From contig JANRKO010000070.1 of assembly GCA_033763455.1 (NCBI GenBank), positions 1 through 64,000 on the forward strand: a DNA stretch of 64,000 nt. Direction: 5' to 3'. A program made the translations under genes and the position numbers. Positions 29,486 to 39,194 of the stretch are shown piece after piece (the first letter of the stretch is position 1; every line of letters begins with the position of its first letter). The notes beneath the pieces are model-generated. The model made no database searches. It worked only from the letters and a program-made list of their open reading frames with translations, and was not told the DNA's origin. This DNA is from Polyangiaceae bacterium. Its GTDB lineage: Bacteria; Myxococcota_A; Polyangia; Polyangiales; Polyangiaceae.

Positions 29486-32400
29486 CTCTTTCCCCAAAGT
29501 GCCAGAAGGTCGAAGAACACCTCGCCGAAATCCTTGAGGGAAGCGCTCCTGAAGAGCTGAGGTTGCATCTTATTGATTGCGACCATTGCCGAGATGTTCG
29601 GCACGAGGCAGAGCTAGCAAGAGCGCTGGTGCTCCGCGCCGGGGCGGATTACGCATCAGAGAATTCTTCGGCAGATGCGCGGCTCGAAAGCGCTTTGGCT
29701 AAGTTGGAATCAGAGCCCTCCTCCTCCGATAAGACCGAGCCCACCGCCACCAACAACGAGCCTCCTTCCTCCGAAAAGAGCAAGCCTGAGGAGTCTCCGC
29801 ACACCCCCACCTCCCCGGACAAAGCGGCTCCTCCCGTCCGCGAGCGCACGTTGATCGCGCTTTTCAAGAAGCGTCCGCTCAGTGCAGCAATTGCGGCCTC
29901 AGCTGCGGCGGCGCTCGGGGTACTGCTCTTCGGTTCTCCGAGAAAAGAGGGCACAGGCGTTAGCTGGGTGCCACCATCAAGCAGCAGTAAATGGCAGGGC
30001 GTGATCAAGGAACTCACCACTTCATCTCGTCTTGGCGAGTCCTTGGAAGTATGCGTCCGGGACCAATGCCAGCCGGCCAAAGCTGGTGAAAAGGTGGATG
30101 CCGGTAGCCGAATTAAGACGGGTGGTTGGACGCGCGCCACGATCGTAATGGATGATGGTTCCAGGCTCACGCTCGATCATGATACAGAGCTCGTCCTGGG
30201 CGGTAGCGGCACCGAAGGAGCGCGAACCGAAAGCCATGCGGCGGAGCTTGTAAGTGGAAGCCTCGTTGCCGATATTGCGCATCAGGCGGGCAAAAACGTG
30301 ACCATCCTTCTGCCTACGGGGCGGCTTCAGGTGTTGGGCACCAAGTTCGCATTGCGTGCCTTGCCAGGCTTTTCGAGCGTGGATGTGAGCCGCGGCGCTG
30401 TGAAGCTTTTCGGCAAGAACGATCAAGCTGTCACGGTGTACGCCGGTGAAACGGGTGAGCTCAGCCAAAACGAAGCACCGCGCGTGAACCCCAGCAGCCG
30501 TTTGAGCCAAGCTTTGGCCTGGAGTGAGGTACCCGCAACTGCGGAAGAGCCACTTTTAGTGAAGGGTTTGGGTGAGCTCCGTGCCAAGAAGCCCGGCACC
30601 GGCACGGAGCTCAAAGACGCCGTTAGCCTGGAACAACATCAAGTAAAGGTGCGGATCTCGGGGGCTTTGGCACGCACCGAGGTTACCGAAGTATTTGCCA
30701 ATCATACCACCGACGTGCTTGAGGGCATTTTTCGCTTTCCGCTTCCACCAGACGCGCAAATCGAACGCCTGGCGCTAGAGGTGGATGGGCACCTTGAGGA
30801 AGGCGCGTTCGTCGACCGCGAACGCGCCTCCAAGATTTGGCGCGGAGCTATCGTGAACGCCAACCGAAACGTGAAACCACCGCCCAAAGAAGAGATCATC
30901 TGGGTGCCCGGGCCATGGCGGGACCCAGCCCTGCTTGAATGGCAGCGTGGTGGTCGCTTCGAATTGCGCGTCTACCCCATCCCTCGGCGCTCTTCGCGAA
31001 AAGTGATACTAGCGTACACGCAGGTCTTGAAACCTGTGGGGAAGACACGTCGATATGTGTATCCCCTAGCGCATGATCCGAGCGGCTCGACACAGGTGAA
31101 AGATTTTTCGGTGGACGTAGAAGTGCGCGGCCACAGTGAAGCCGAAGGCGTCCGCGCCCTGGGCTATTCACTGCGCGAAACCGAGCAATCCCACGTGGCC
31201 ACGCTCGCCTTGAACGAAGCCAACTTCATGCCCCGGGGAGATCTCGCCGTGGAGTATTCGGTGCCAGGCAATGATCGGGAAGTCTCCTTGTGGGCCTACC
31301 GTGCCGGTGCGCGCCCTTTGGGCGCTTCTTTCACCCAACCAACCTCTCTCCCCGCTCGGCATGCTCCAACAGGCGATGCTTACGTGGCAATGGCGTTGCG
31401 CCCCGAGTTGCCGGGAAGCACGCAACAAAAACGTTTGGATTTCGTGTTCGTGGTGGATGCCAGCCGCTCCATGTTCGGAGCGGGCTTTGCACACGCTCGT
31501 TCGGTGGTGGCGCGTGCCATTCGGGAATTGGATAGCGATTCTCGGGTGAGCGTGTTTGCCTGCGACGTGAAGTGCGTGTCCGCCGGGCGCGGGTTCCACG
31601 AAGGCGGGGCGCAAGCGGCACAGCAAGCGGAGAATTTCTTGCGCACCATTACGCCCGAAGGTGCTTCGGACGTTACGGGCTCCATTGCGCAAGCGTTAGC
31701 CAGCATCCAGAGCGAACGCGATCCAGGGCGGGAGCTCAAGGTGATTTACGTGGGCGACGGCACGCCCACCGTGGGAGCCATTTTGCCGGGGCTGGTGGAG
31801 CGTGAAGCCAAGGCTATCAGCTTGCAAAGGCGCGTGAGCGTGGTGGCCGTGGGCGTGGGTTCGGATTCAGACAGCACCACTTTGGGCGCACTGGCGCAGG
31901 GCGGCGGAGGCGTGCTTCTGCCGTACACACCGGGCCGCCAGACGGCTGAGATGGCGTACGATGTGCTGAGTGCGAGCTATGCGGCAGCGCTGCGCGACGT
32001 CAATATTCAGCTTCCCGAGGGTTTGTACGACATAGCTCCACGGCAGGCGCCGCCCATCATGGCAGGCGGAGAATTGATCATTACCGCACGCGCTCGTTTG
32101 GGTGAAATCGAAGGCGATATCGTGCTCCGCGGCATGCACGGCGAAGCTCCCGTAGAAAAGCGTTACCCTGTGAAGTTCAGTATCGAGAACAACTCGGCCA
32201 ATGCGTTTGTCCCTCGGCTCTTCGCTGCAGGAAAAATTGCTGATCTCGAGAGCGAAGGCAGCCCGGAAGCTCGAACCCAGGCCGTGGCGCTCTCGCGTGA
32301 ATTCAGCGTAGCCAGCCGCTACACCTCGCTTTTGGTGCTGGAAAGCCCCGCCATGTTCAAGGCCTTCGGCCTGGACAACGCGCGCCAAGCGCCAGAATGG

Positions 32401-33687
32401 TCCGGAGAAGAAGTCGCCGAAGATGATCTCGCCAACGAAACCGATGGTGAGCTCGACGAAGCCGCCACAGGGCACGACACGTCGGCTTACGGCTCGCCTG
32501 GCGCTAACGCTGAAAAGAAAGCTGAATTGGGCGCACGGCGCCTGGCGGGAGGCCTAAGTGGGAGCGCAGCCGCTAGCAAGCCATCTTCGGCGCAGCGCAG
32601 CAGCGCGCCTAGCTTTGCCCAACCGCCCGCTGCGGCCCCCAGCATGGCATCGGAAACCGAACGCGCGCCAGCGACCGATGTTCGCGTACTCCGCCGCCGG
32701 GGGCCTCTGCAATTCGAAGATCCCCCTGTGCCGGACCTACCACCACAGCGCCGCATGATTCCAATGCGCCGCGTTTGGAAACGCGTGGGTTCGATCGACG
32801 TTGGCCGCAATATTCCGGAAGCCGCCTCGGGTGAGCGCATAGCGCAGGCGGAGCGGGAGCTAGCCGTGAGTGGTGAGGCTCGCCAAAACCTGGTGAAGCT
32901 CTATCGCTTGTACATGCTCGCAGGAGAGGTAGAGCGAGCCAGCGACCTCGCTCAACGCTGGTCTGAGAAGGAACCCCTAGATCCGGAGGCGCTCACAGCC
33001 ACAGCTGATGTGGCAGCCCGCCTGGGAGACCGCGATCGAGCGATCCGGATCTTGGGCAGCGTGCTCGACGCTCGACCCGGTGAATTTAAGGCACAGGCGC
33101 GGCTAGCTCGCCTTTACCGCTGGGGCAGAGACGCCGCTTTAGGGTGCCGTTTCACGCTCGCGATCGCTCAGACTCGCCCGGACGATGCCAAGTCGCTAGT
33201 GGAGGCAGTGCGCTGCGGACGCGACACGGGCTACGCGGATCTCAGCAGCGACCTGCTTACACGAGCACCCGCAGCGATCCGGGGCCGAGCTGAAGCCATG
33301 CTTGGGGAAGTCTTGGTTCCGGAGCGCCTATCTGGCGACTTCAAACTCGAAGCCACGTGGGAAGGTGGCCAAGCCGACGTGGATCTCGGCCTGCTACACC
33401 CCGACGGACACCGCATCTCTTGGCTGGGCGCACCTAGCCAGGAGGTGATCTCGGCGCTCGATCCTACCAGCACCCGTCGGGAAAGCCTCAGCCTCCGGGG
33501 GGCAAAGGCGGGACAATACGTCGTGGAGCTAGTGCGCGCGGAGGGCAACGGTGTGGTGCGAGGGGTGCTCAAGCTGACCGTCGCCTCGGCCGTGCGAGAA
33601 ATTCCATTTGTACTTCAAGGCACTCGCGCCACGATCGCCATCGCAAAGGTGTCGCTGCACTCTGAACTCGTTCCTTACCACCGCTGA
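29482..33687 (+). CDS. Giant anti-sigma-like protein: ZAS-TM-FecR-VIT-vWA-TPR
   Basis: HLIDCDHC; FecR VLGTKF; VIT ARTEVTEVFAN..LEGIFRFPLP; MIDAS DASRSM..T..DG; SRYTSLLVLE; TPR-like C-terminus; ATGA overlap with sigma. Confidence 0.85.
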   Translation: MTLSPKCQKVEEHLAEILEGSAPEELRLHLIDCDHCRDVRHEAELARALVLRAGADYASENSSADARLESALAKLESEPSSSDKTEPTATNNEPPSSEKSKPEESPHTPTSPDKAAPPVRERTLIALFKKRPLSAAIAASAAAALGVLLFGSPRKEGTGVSWVPPSSSSKWQGVIKELTTSSRLGESLEVCVRDQCQPAKAGEKVDAGSRIKTGGWTRATIVMDDGSRLTLDHDTELVLGGSGTEGARTESHAAELVSGSLVADIAHQAGKNVTILLPTGRLQVLGTKFALRALPGFSSVDVSRGAVKLFGKNDQAVTVYAGETGELSQNEAPRVNPSSRLSQALAWSEVPATAEEPLLVKGLGELRAKKPGTGTELKDAVSLEQHQVKVRISGALARTEVTEVFANHTTDVLEGIFRFPLPPDAQIERLALEVDGHLEEGAFVDRERASKIWRGAIVNANRNVKPPPKEEIIWVPGPWRDPALLEWQRGGRFELRVYPIPRRSSRKVILAYTQVLKPVGKTRRYVYPLAHDPSGSTQVKDFSVDVEVRGHSEAEGVRALGYSLRETEQSHVATLALNEANFMPRGDLAVEYSVPGNDREVSLWAYRAGARPLGASFTQPTSLPARHAPTGDAYVAMALRPELPGSTQQKRLDFVFVVDASRSMFGAGFAHARSVVARAIRELDSDSRVSVFACDVKCVSAGRGFHEGGAQAAQQAENFLRTITPEGASDVTGSIAQALASIQSERDPGRELKVIYVGDGTPTVGAILPGLVEREAKAISLQRRVSVVAVGVGSDSDSTTLGALAQGGGGVLLPYTPGRQTAEMAYDVLSASYAAALRDVNIQLPEGLYDIAPRQAPPIMAGGELIITARARLGEIEGDIVLRGMHGEAPVEKRYPVKFSIENNSANAFVPRLFAAGKIADLESEGSPEARTQAVALSREFSVASRYTSLLVLESPAMFKAFGLDNARQAPEWSGEEVAEDDLANETDGELDEAATGHDTSAYGSPGANAEKKAELGARRLAGGLSGSAAASKPSSAQRSSAPSFAQPPAAAPSMASETERAPATDVRVLRRRGPLQFEDPPVPDLPPQRRMIPMRRVWKRVGSIDVGRNIPEAASGERIAQAERELAVSGEARQNLVKLYRLYMLAGEVERASDLAQRWSEKEPLDPEALTATADVAARLGDRDRAIRILGSVLDARPGEFKAQARLARLYRWGRDAALGCRFTLAIAQTRPDDAKSLVEAVRCGRDTGYADLSSDLLTRAPAAIRGRAEAMLGEVLVPERLSGDFKLEATWEGGQADVDLGLLHPDGHRISWLGAPSQEVISALDPTSTRRESLSLRGAKAGQYVVELVRAEGNGVVRGVLKLTVASAVREIPFVLQGTRATIAIAKVSLHSELVPYHR

Positions 33688-34235
33688 GTCTTGCTGGGCG
33701 ACGGCTGGGCTATACAGGGCGACGAAGAATCCCCCGAGCCGGCGCCCGCCGCTCCAACCGTTGGGGCTGTAGGAAGGAAAACGACGCTGGTTGCCGTGGC
33801 ACTCGCACAGGGCGTTTGCGTAGCAGGTTGAGCAGCAGGTTCTTCAGACTCAACTTTGGGTGCCGTGTGGATGGGTTGATTGGAAATACGGCTCTTGCGT
33901 TGGGCCGACTCATCGAGCGCCGACCGCTGGAGCTCATTGCCCAACGCCGTAAGCCCCAAACCGGCCCCAGCTACCAATGCGCGTGCAGCTTTTGGATCCG
34001 AACCGCCTTGGCAACGCACTTCCGTATCTCCTGGAAGGGAACCTTTCACCTCCCGACAGCCACCAGGCTCCTTTGCCACTGCAACTGCGGCGGCCACGGC
34101 GACCACGCCCGCAGCGGAAAGCGCCTCCCCCGTGGTCTGCTTGGAGCCACAGCCAGCAGACGCCGCAAGCGCGCCAACCGCCGCCCAGCGGCTCAGGTGA
34201 AGCCACACGCCGGAAACGCGGGGGAAGCTCATCAA
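33675..34235 (-). CDS. Hypothetical lipoprotein
   Basis: Lipobox SAGC; no recognised domain. Confidence 0.55.
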   Translation of the reverse strand: MMSFPRVSGVWLHLSRWAAVGALAASAGCGSKQTTGEALSAAGVVAVAAAVAVAKEPGGCREVKGSLPGDTEVRCQGGSDPKAARALVAGAGLGLTALGNELQRSALDESAQRKSRISNQPIHTAPKVESEEPAAQPATQTPCASATATSVVFLPTAPTVGAAGAGSGDSSSPCIAQPSPSKTQRW

Positions 34236-34240
34236 CCGAC

Positions 34241-34387
34241 CTAACTTTGACGCGTTGTAATGCCTGAACGGGAGGCAACGGCCTTCTTGCGCTTCATCAA
34301 GAGAAACGGCAGCAAGAGGACCCCACCGGGCGCAACCACGGCAACTGCCACCGCAACCCAGAATGCTCCTTTTGCTATCACGGCCAT
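34241..34387 (-). CDS. Small membrane protein (48 aa)
   Basis: AVAVVAPGGVLLLPFLL hydrophobic core with basic tail; sigma54 motif just upstream. Confidence 0.6.
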   Translation of the reverse strand: MAVIAKGAFWVAVAVAVVAPGGVLLLPFLLMKRKKAVASRSGITTRQS

Positions 34388-34402
34388 CTTGACGAACCTA
34401 TA

Positions 34403-34418
34403 AGCACTGAACGTGCCA
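34403..34418 (-). promoter_or_regulatory. Sigma54 promoter
   Basis: TGGCACG-TTCA-GTGCT with GG-N10-GC spacing. Confidence 0.7.
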
Positions 34419-34593
34419 TTTGCAGAAACCTGAAGCGCTCTTAGTAATCCGCGCACAACTTAGTGTAGCACGCCCCAAAGGAGACTGAGGTCGAGCGAAT
34501 AAGTCCGGATCACTGTGTCAGAGGTGGCACGCGGCGTGTCGGCTCTGAGCCACACCCAGCACGCGGCGCGTCAGGCCGACGTCGCTGCAACGC

Positions 34594-35481
34594 TTAGTCC
34601 GAAGGCATTCCCATCACGTGGTAACCCTTGTCCACATAGAGTGTTGTGCCGGTAATTCCCGAAGCGAGCGGGCTGCAAAGAAAGGCGGCAGAATTGGCGA
34701 CTTCCTCAGGCGTGAGCTGCTCGGTGAGCGGCGCGTTCTTCGAATAGTAGCCGATGATGTCGTGAATGATCCCGGTGACACTGGCGGCACGCGACGCGTA
34801 CGGCCCCGCTGAAATCGTGTTCACGCGAATGCCATACTTGCGCCCGGCCTGGTGCGCTAATACCCGAGTGTCACTTTCGAGCGCAGCTTTGGCCGCGTTC
34901 ATGCCGCCGCCATAGCCCGGGATCACCCGCTCGCTCGCCAGGTAGGTCAAAGACACCGTAGCGGCACCTGGGGGCATCAGAGGAGCAAAGCGCTGGATCA
35001 TGGAAACCATCGAATAAGCGCTCACGCTCATGGCGCCGAGGTAGCCGAAGCGGCTCGTTTCCAGCAGGGGCTTTTGCACTTCCGGGCCGTTGGCGAGTGA
35101 GTGCACCAAAATATCCATCGATTTTTCGCCAAAGTCGGCAAGCCACTGCTGCTTCAAGCCATCGATCGTGAAATCCCCGCGGCCGGAGTAGCGTTTGCTC
35201 CCTCGGATATCCTCCGGCACCTCCCCAAGCGTGTCGAATGCCGCATCCAGCGGGTAGATCCGCTCGAACTGCATCAGGCTGCCTTCGCTGAGCTTGAGCG
35301 ATTCATCCAGTTTGCCCCGCCGAAGCAGGTTTTCCAGGATCCCAAGCGCCGGAGGCCACGTTCCAAGGCACACATTCGCACCGGCTTCGGCGAGGGCTTT
35401 GGCTATCGCAAAACCAAAACCTTTGTCGTCCGCCACCCCGGCAACAAGCGCCCGCTTACCCTTCAAATCAATCTTCAACAC
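34594..35481 (-). CDS. fabI: Enoyl-ACP reductase (plant/chlamydial-like FabI)
   Basis: [44 protein letters not shown]. Confidence 0.92.
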   Translation of the reverse strand: MLKIDLKGKRALVAGVADDKGFGFAIAKALAEAGANVCLGTWPPALGILENLLRRGKLDESLKLSEGSLMQFERIYPLDAAFDTLGEVPEDIRGSKRYSGRGDFTIDGLKQQWLADFGEKSMDILVHSLANGPEVQKPLLETSRFGYLGAMSVSAYSMVSMIQRFAPLMPPGAATVSLTYLASERVIPGYGGGMNAAKAALESDTRVLAHQAGRKYGIRVNTISAGPYASRAASVTGIIHDIIGYYSKNAPLTEQLTPEEVANSAAFLCSPLASGITGTTLYVDKGYHVMGMPSD

Positions 35482-35598
35482 GGGGTGGCGTTATCGACCC
35501 ATCGGGGCCGTCGTGGCAAGCCCCGCGTGGCTCAAAAACTAGCAACGGGCGAGATCGGCAGGCCACTTTACCCTCCGCCTTTGTGCTAGGACCCTGCC

Positions 35599-36585
35599 AT
35601 GGCACACGGCCTCCGCCACTTCGGTATCCTCGGGCAAGTTGTCCTCCTCGGAGCCGCCCTCGTTAGCTCAAGCGTCGCCCACGCGAGCATCGTGGAGCGC
35701 ATCGTTGCGGTAGTGGGAGAAAAGCCAGTCCTTTTGAGCGAACTCCGAGAACGCGCACGGCCCTTGATGCTGCGCGTCTACGCTCAAAGCCGCAGTGCGT
35801 CGGAACGAGCCGCCGGGCTCTCCCAGGTCTACCAGCACACGCTCGACATGATGATCGACGAGCTGCTGGAGCAACACGCCGCGAGCGACGCCGACATCAA
35901 GGTCACCAAAGAAGACGTCGATCGGATGCTCCAAGTGGTGGCTTCGCAAAATCAGCTCACCGTGGAGCAGCTTCTGGCCGAAGCGAAGAAGAGTGGCCTC
36001 GAAGAAACAGCGTATAGAGAAGAGCTCAAACGTCAGACGCTCGCTCTCCGAGTTTCGGAGTGGCGCTTTCAGGGACGCGTTCGGGCCACCGAAGACGACA
36101 TTCGTTCGGCGTACGAAAAAGCCGTGGCCGATGCCGAAGCTGGGCGGATGCTCCGGATCGCGTGGATTGTGGTGAACACGGGTCGCGGCAGCCAAAGGGT
36201 TCCTGAGAAAGCAGAGAAGGTCCTGAAGGTGGCTCAGCTCCTACAAAGCGGCGCGGATTTTTCCGACGTAGCCAAGCAGTACTCGGAAGACGAAAAGAGC
36301 GCACCGATTGGCGGGCTCTTGGAGGACACCACTCGCTCCAAGCTGCCGCTTGCCTTGCAGAAGGCTGTGGATGCGCTTCAGGTTGGCCAAGTCTCGAACG
36401 CTATCTCGGTCGCGGCAAATACGGTGTTCGTGAAAGTAGTGGAACGCGCTCCGCTGCAATTGCCATCCTATGAAGAAGCGCGCGCTGGGTTGGAGCAGCA
36501 GGTTCGCAGCCAGAAGATCAACGAGGCGCGCAAGCAGTGGCTGAAGACGCTGCGTCGGCGTACGCACGTTGAAGTTCGGTTTTAG
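35599..36585 (+). CDS. surA: SurA-like chaperone / parvulin PPIase
   Basis: IVERIVAVV..LSEL, DFSDVAKQYSED..GGLL. Confidence 0.8.
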   Translation: MAHGLRHFGILGQVVLLGAALVSSSVAHASIVERIVAVVGEKPVLLSELRERARPLMLRVYAQSRSASERAAGLSQVYQHTLDMMIDELLEQHAASDADIKVTKEDVDRMLQVVASQNQLTVEQLLAEAKKSGLEETAYREELKRQTLALRVSEWRFQGRVRATEDDIRSAYEKAVADAEAGRMLRIAWIVVNTGRGSQRVPEKAEKVLKVAQLLQSGADFSDVAKQYSEDEKSAPIGGLLEDTTRSKLPLALQKAVDALQVGQVSNAISVAANTVFVKVVERAPLQLPSYEEARAGLEQQVRSQKINEARKQWLKTLRRRTHVEVRF

Positions 36586-36737
36586 CTGAGCACCTGGCAG
36601 GGGTGCGGGCGCACCAGCCCGACAAATTGACAGACGCCCCTCGCTGGTCGCCAGCCTGGCAGCCATGCGGAGCGGCCCAAAAAGCGCCGCGACCCGGCGA
36701 GCAGCCTAAAATGGCTACCATCCGGCAACTGACTTCG

Positions 36738-36753
36738 TGGCACACTCCATGCT
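36738..36753 (+). promoter_or_regulatory. Sigma54 promoter
   Basis: TGGCACA-CTCC-ATGCT with GG-N10-GC spacing, 12 nt before GTG 36766. Confidence 0.65.
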
Positions 36754-36765
36754 AATCACGGCCGC

Positions 36766-38601
36766 GTGAACGATTCTTGGGTCTCACGTGCGGTCTTGCG
36801 AAATCTTTGGCTGGGGTTGGTGCTGGCGAGCAGCATGGCATTTTCGGGGCGAGCGGCGGCCCAAGCAGAGCCGACCATCACACTCGGAAAGGAAGGCGCA
36901 ACGCGCACGGGCGAAGTTCGCGCCACCGGCAACCGGCCGCTTTGGATCAATCGCGCGGACTGCGATTCCAACAACGACCTTCAGATCCCGCTAACGCTCA
37001 CCAATTTCAACGGACTCATTTTGGAGGCGTGGGCGGGCAAGCAAGACTGCACGACGCTCGAAGCGCGGAAGACCAACGGCGGGTGCGTCCAGCTACTTGA
37101 CCCTCCCCAGCCGGACAACGCGATTACCGTAACGGTCAAGGCAAGAGAGCTCATTAAAGCTGCGTTCCCAATGGCCGACGATGCCACGTTGTGCTCCACA
37201 GCTCAGGAGCAGGCTAGCCCGGTTTCGATCAACATCGACATCATGTTGCTCGAAAGTCCCTCCACGCCAGTGAAGGGAACTCCGTTCAAGTTTACGGAGA
37301 CCAAGATCGATTTGGTTGGGCCTGTCCCTCCCACGAATGTGTCCACGGGAATCGGTGAATCCCAGCTCGTCGTCAAGTGGACAGCCAACGATTCGGCGAA
37401 CGATACGGTTACTGGTTATCGTGTTTACTGCGAGCAACTCGGCGATACTGGGCAGACGGGAGACTGTACTCCGAGTATGCTGATGGAGGGGAGAACACCC
37501 GATGCGGGCCTCGTGTGCGGTGAAGTAACAGGCGCAACTTCCGCCGATGCCCCCACAAAAGATCTGGTGAACGGCGCACGCTACGCGATCGGCGTCCTCG
37601 CAATCGACGATGCCGGCAACCTCGGGGGCCTTTCAAGCGTAACCTGCGCAACCCCGCAAGCCGTCACCGACTTTTATGAAGCCTACAGAGAAGCAGGCGG
37701 AGAAGCAGGCGGCGGGTTTTGCTCGTTTACGCCTTCACAAGGTGGGCCACGCGCGGCGGGTTGGGGCTTTGCGTTAGCACTCATCGGCTTGCGTCTTCGG
37801 CGCGGAAAGCGGTCGAGGTTGGGAGCGTCACAGCTACTCACCGTGGCCCTCATCGCGCTAGGCATGAGCCACTCGACTCGAGCCCTCGCCTTCGACAACT
37901 ATCGCGGGTCGCGCGCGGCTTTCGGCGCAGACGGCGGCGTTGTGGAAAAGCCCGTTGGCGTGGAGCTTGGCTACAACGGAATGTACGAACTCCGTTTTGG
38001 CCCTTACGCACCCAAGATCGACGATGAATTCTCAGGCACTGGCCCCTACGAACAAATCTTCGGCAATAAGAAGCGCGTGCTTTTGGGGTTCGAAGCGGAC
38101 TGGCAGGCGCTGCAGGTTGACCGAATTGCCAGCCTGGGCCCCGGCATTGGCTTTGGCGTGACGCAAATGAGCGGTAAAGCACCGCTCACGGACGGCAGCG
38201 GCGTGTCCGCCCAGGAAAACGCCATGACCATTTTACCGATGTATGGCGTCGGCGTGTTGCGCGTCACCGTGCTTCAAGATCAATTGCGCGTACCGCTGGT
38301 GCCCTACGCGAAAGCAGGCCTCGGCTATGCACTCTGGTGGACTACCACCGCCGGAGAATTAGCGCGCGTCGACGGCAAGAAAGGGCGAGGATCCTCCTAT
38401 GGGCCCCAGTGGGCGGCAGGGCTCATGCTGAATTTGGGTTTTCTGGACCGCTCAGGCGAAGCCGAACTGCGCACTGGCCCGGAATTCGAAAGCGCGTACC
38501 TGTTTGGCGAGTGGCTCAGCAGCGATCTCGGCGGCTTTGGCAAAAAAACGCTCAACGTCGGCGCCAATACTTGGTTTTTGGGGTTGGCGCTCCGCGATTA
38601 G
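36766..38601 (+). CDS. FN3/MYXO-CTERM-like protein fused to an outer-membrane beta-barrel (MXAN_2561/2562-like)
   Basis: Signal peptide, Cys-rich region, FN3 (PPTNV..VVKW...GYRVY), GGFC-hydrophobic-RLRR, then amphipathic strands ELRFGPY, PYAKAGLGY. Confidence 0.75.
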   Translation: MNDSWVSRAVLRNLWLGLVLASSMAFSGRAAAQAEPTITLGKEGATRTGEVRATGNRPLWINRADCDSNNDLQIPLTLTNFNGLILEAWAGKQDCTTLEARKTNGGCVQLLDPPQPDNAITVTVKARELIKAAFPMADDATLCSTAQEQASPVSINIDIMLLESPSTPVKGTPFKFTETKIDLVGPVPPTNVSTGIGESQLVVKWTANDSANDTVTGYRVYCEQLGDTGQTGDCTPSMLMEGRTPDAGLVCGEVTGATSADAPTKDLVNGARYAIGVLAIDDAGNLGGLSSVTCATPQAVTDFYEAYREAGGEAGGGFCSFTPSQGGPRAAGWGFALALIGLRLRRGKRSRLGASQLLTVALIALGMSHSTRALAFDNYRGSRAAFGADGGVVEKPVGVELGYNGMYELRFGPYAPKIDDEFSGTGPYEQIFGNKKRVLLGFEADWQALQVDRIASLGPGIGFGVTQMSGKAPLTDGSGVSAQENAMTILPMYGVGVLRVTVLQDQLRVPLVPYAKAGLGYALWWTTTAGELARVDGKKGRGSSYGPQWAAGLMLNLGFLDRSGEAELRTGPEFESAYLFGEWLSSDLGGFGKKTLNVGANTWFLGLALRD

Positions 38602-38866
38602 CAAAAACACAGGAGCTGCTCTCACGTTCGCGCTCCGTAAGATCTCCGGTACCTTCCCGGCTCTCCTCCCGTGTGGGCGTTGCGGGTGAGCCTGCAAAGC
38701 GCTAGCGCACATTTAGGTTAACTCCCTATCAGACGTCCACCATCCCCGTAAAGACCTAATCCGGTGGCATAGATGTTGATTCGGATCTTGAGGGGTACCC
38801 TGATGTCGATCCGGCTCCGCGCCCGCGCGAGGGCGCGCCACTTTGGGGAGTTTAGGCGAGCGCGGA

Positions 38867-38950
38867 GCTCGACTTTCTGAGGCGAGGCGCGCGCGAGTCC
38901 TCAGTTGTTAAAGGATTGGCAGAGCTTCGCCTCGCCTCAGAAAACCGAGC
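38867..38950. repeat. Long imperfect inverted repeat (hairpin 1)
   Basis: Arms 38867-38889 and 38928-38950 pair at 21/23 positions. Confidence 0.85.
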
Positions 38951-38966
38951 CAGTTTGAGGAGTGAC

Positions 38967-39149
38967 ATGGACCGTGTGGGCAACGTGACGTCAGACGGTG
39001 CAGACGGCGAGCGCGGCCAAGCGGCGCCGGGAGGCCACAAAGTCGATCAGGCGTTCTGCCGCGCAAGCGATACGGAGCACGAGCTTTCCGGCGTGTTCGC
39101 TGAGGCTGCCGGCGAAGTGGTCGCGATCTGCCTGATATGTTCTTCTTAG
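38967..39149 (+). CDS. Possible 60-aa protein
   Basis: GAGGAG RBS 4 nt before ATG; C-terminal CLIC; no recognised family. Confidence 0.3.
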   Translation: MDRVGNVTSDGADGERGQAAPGGHKVDQAFCRASDTEHELSGVFAEAAGEVVAICLICSS

Positions 39150-39194
39150 GTTAACTATTAGCAAACTTCGACTTTCCCGTAAGTCCCCAATAGG

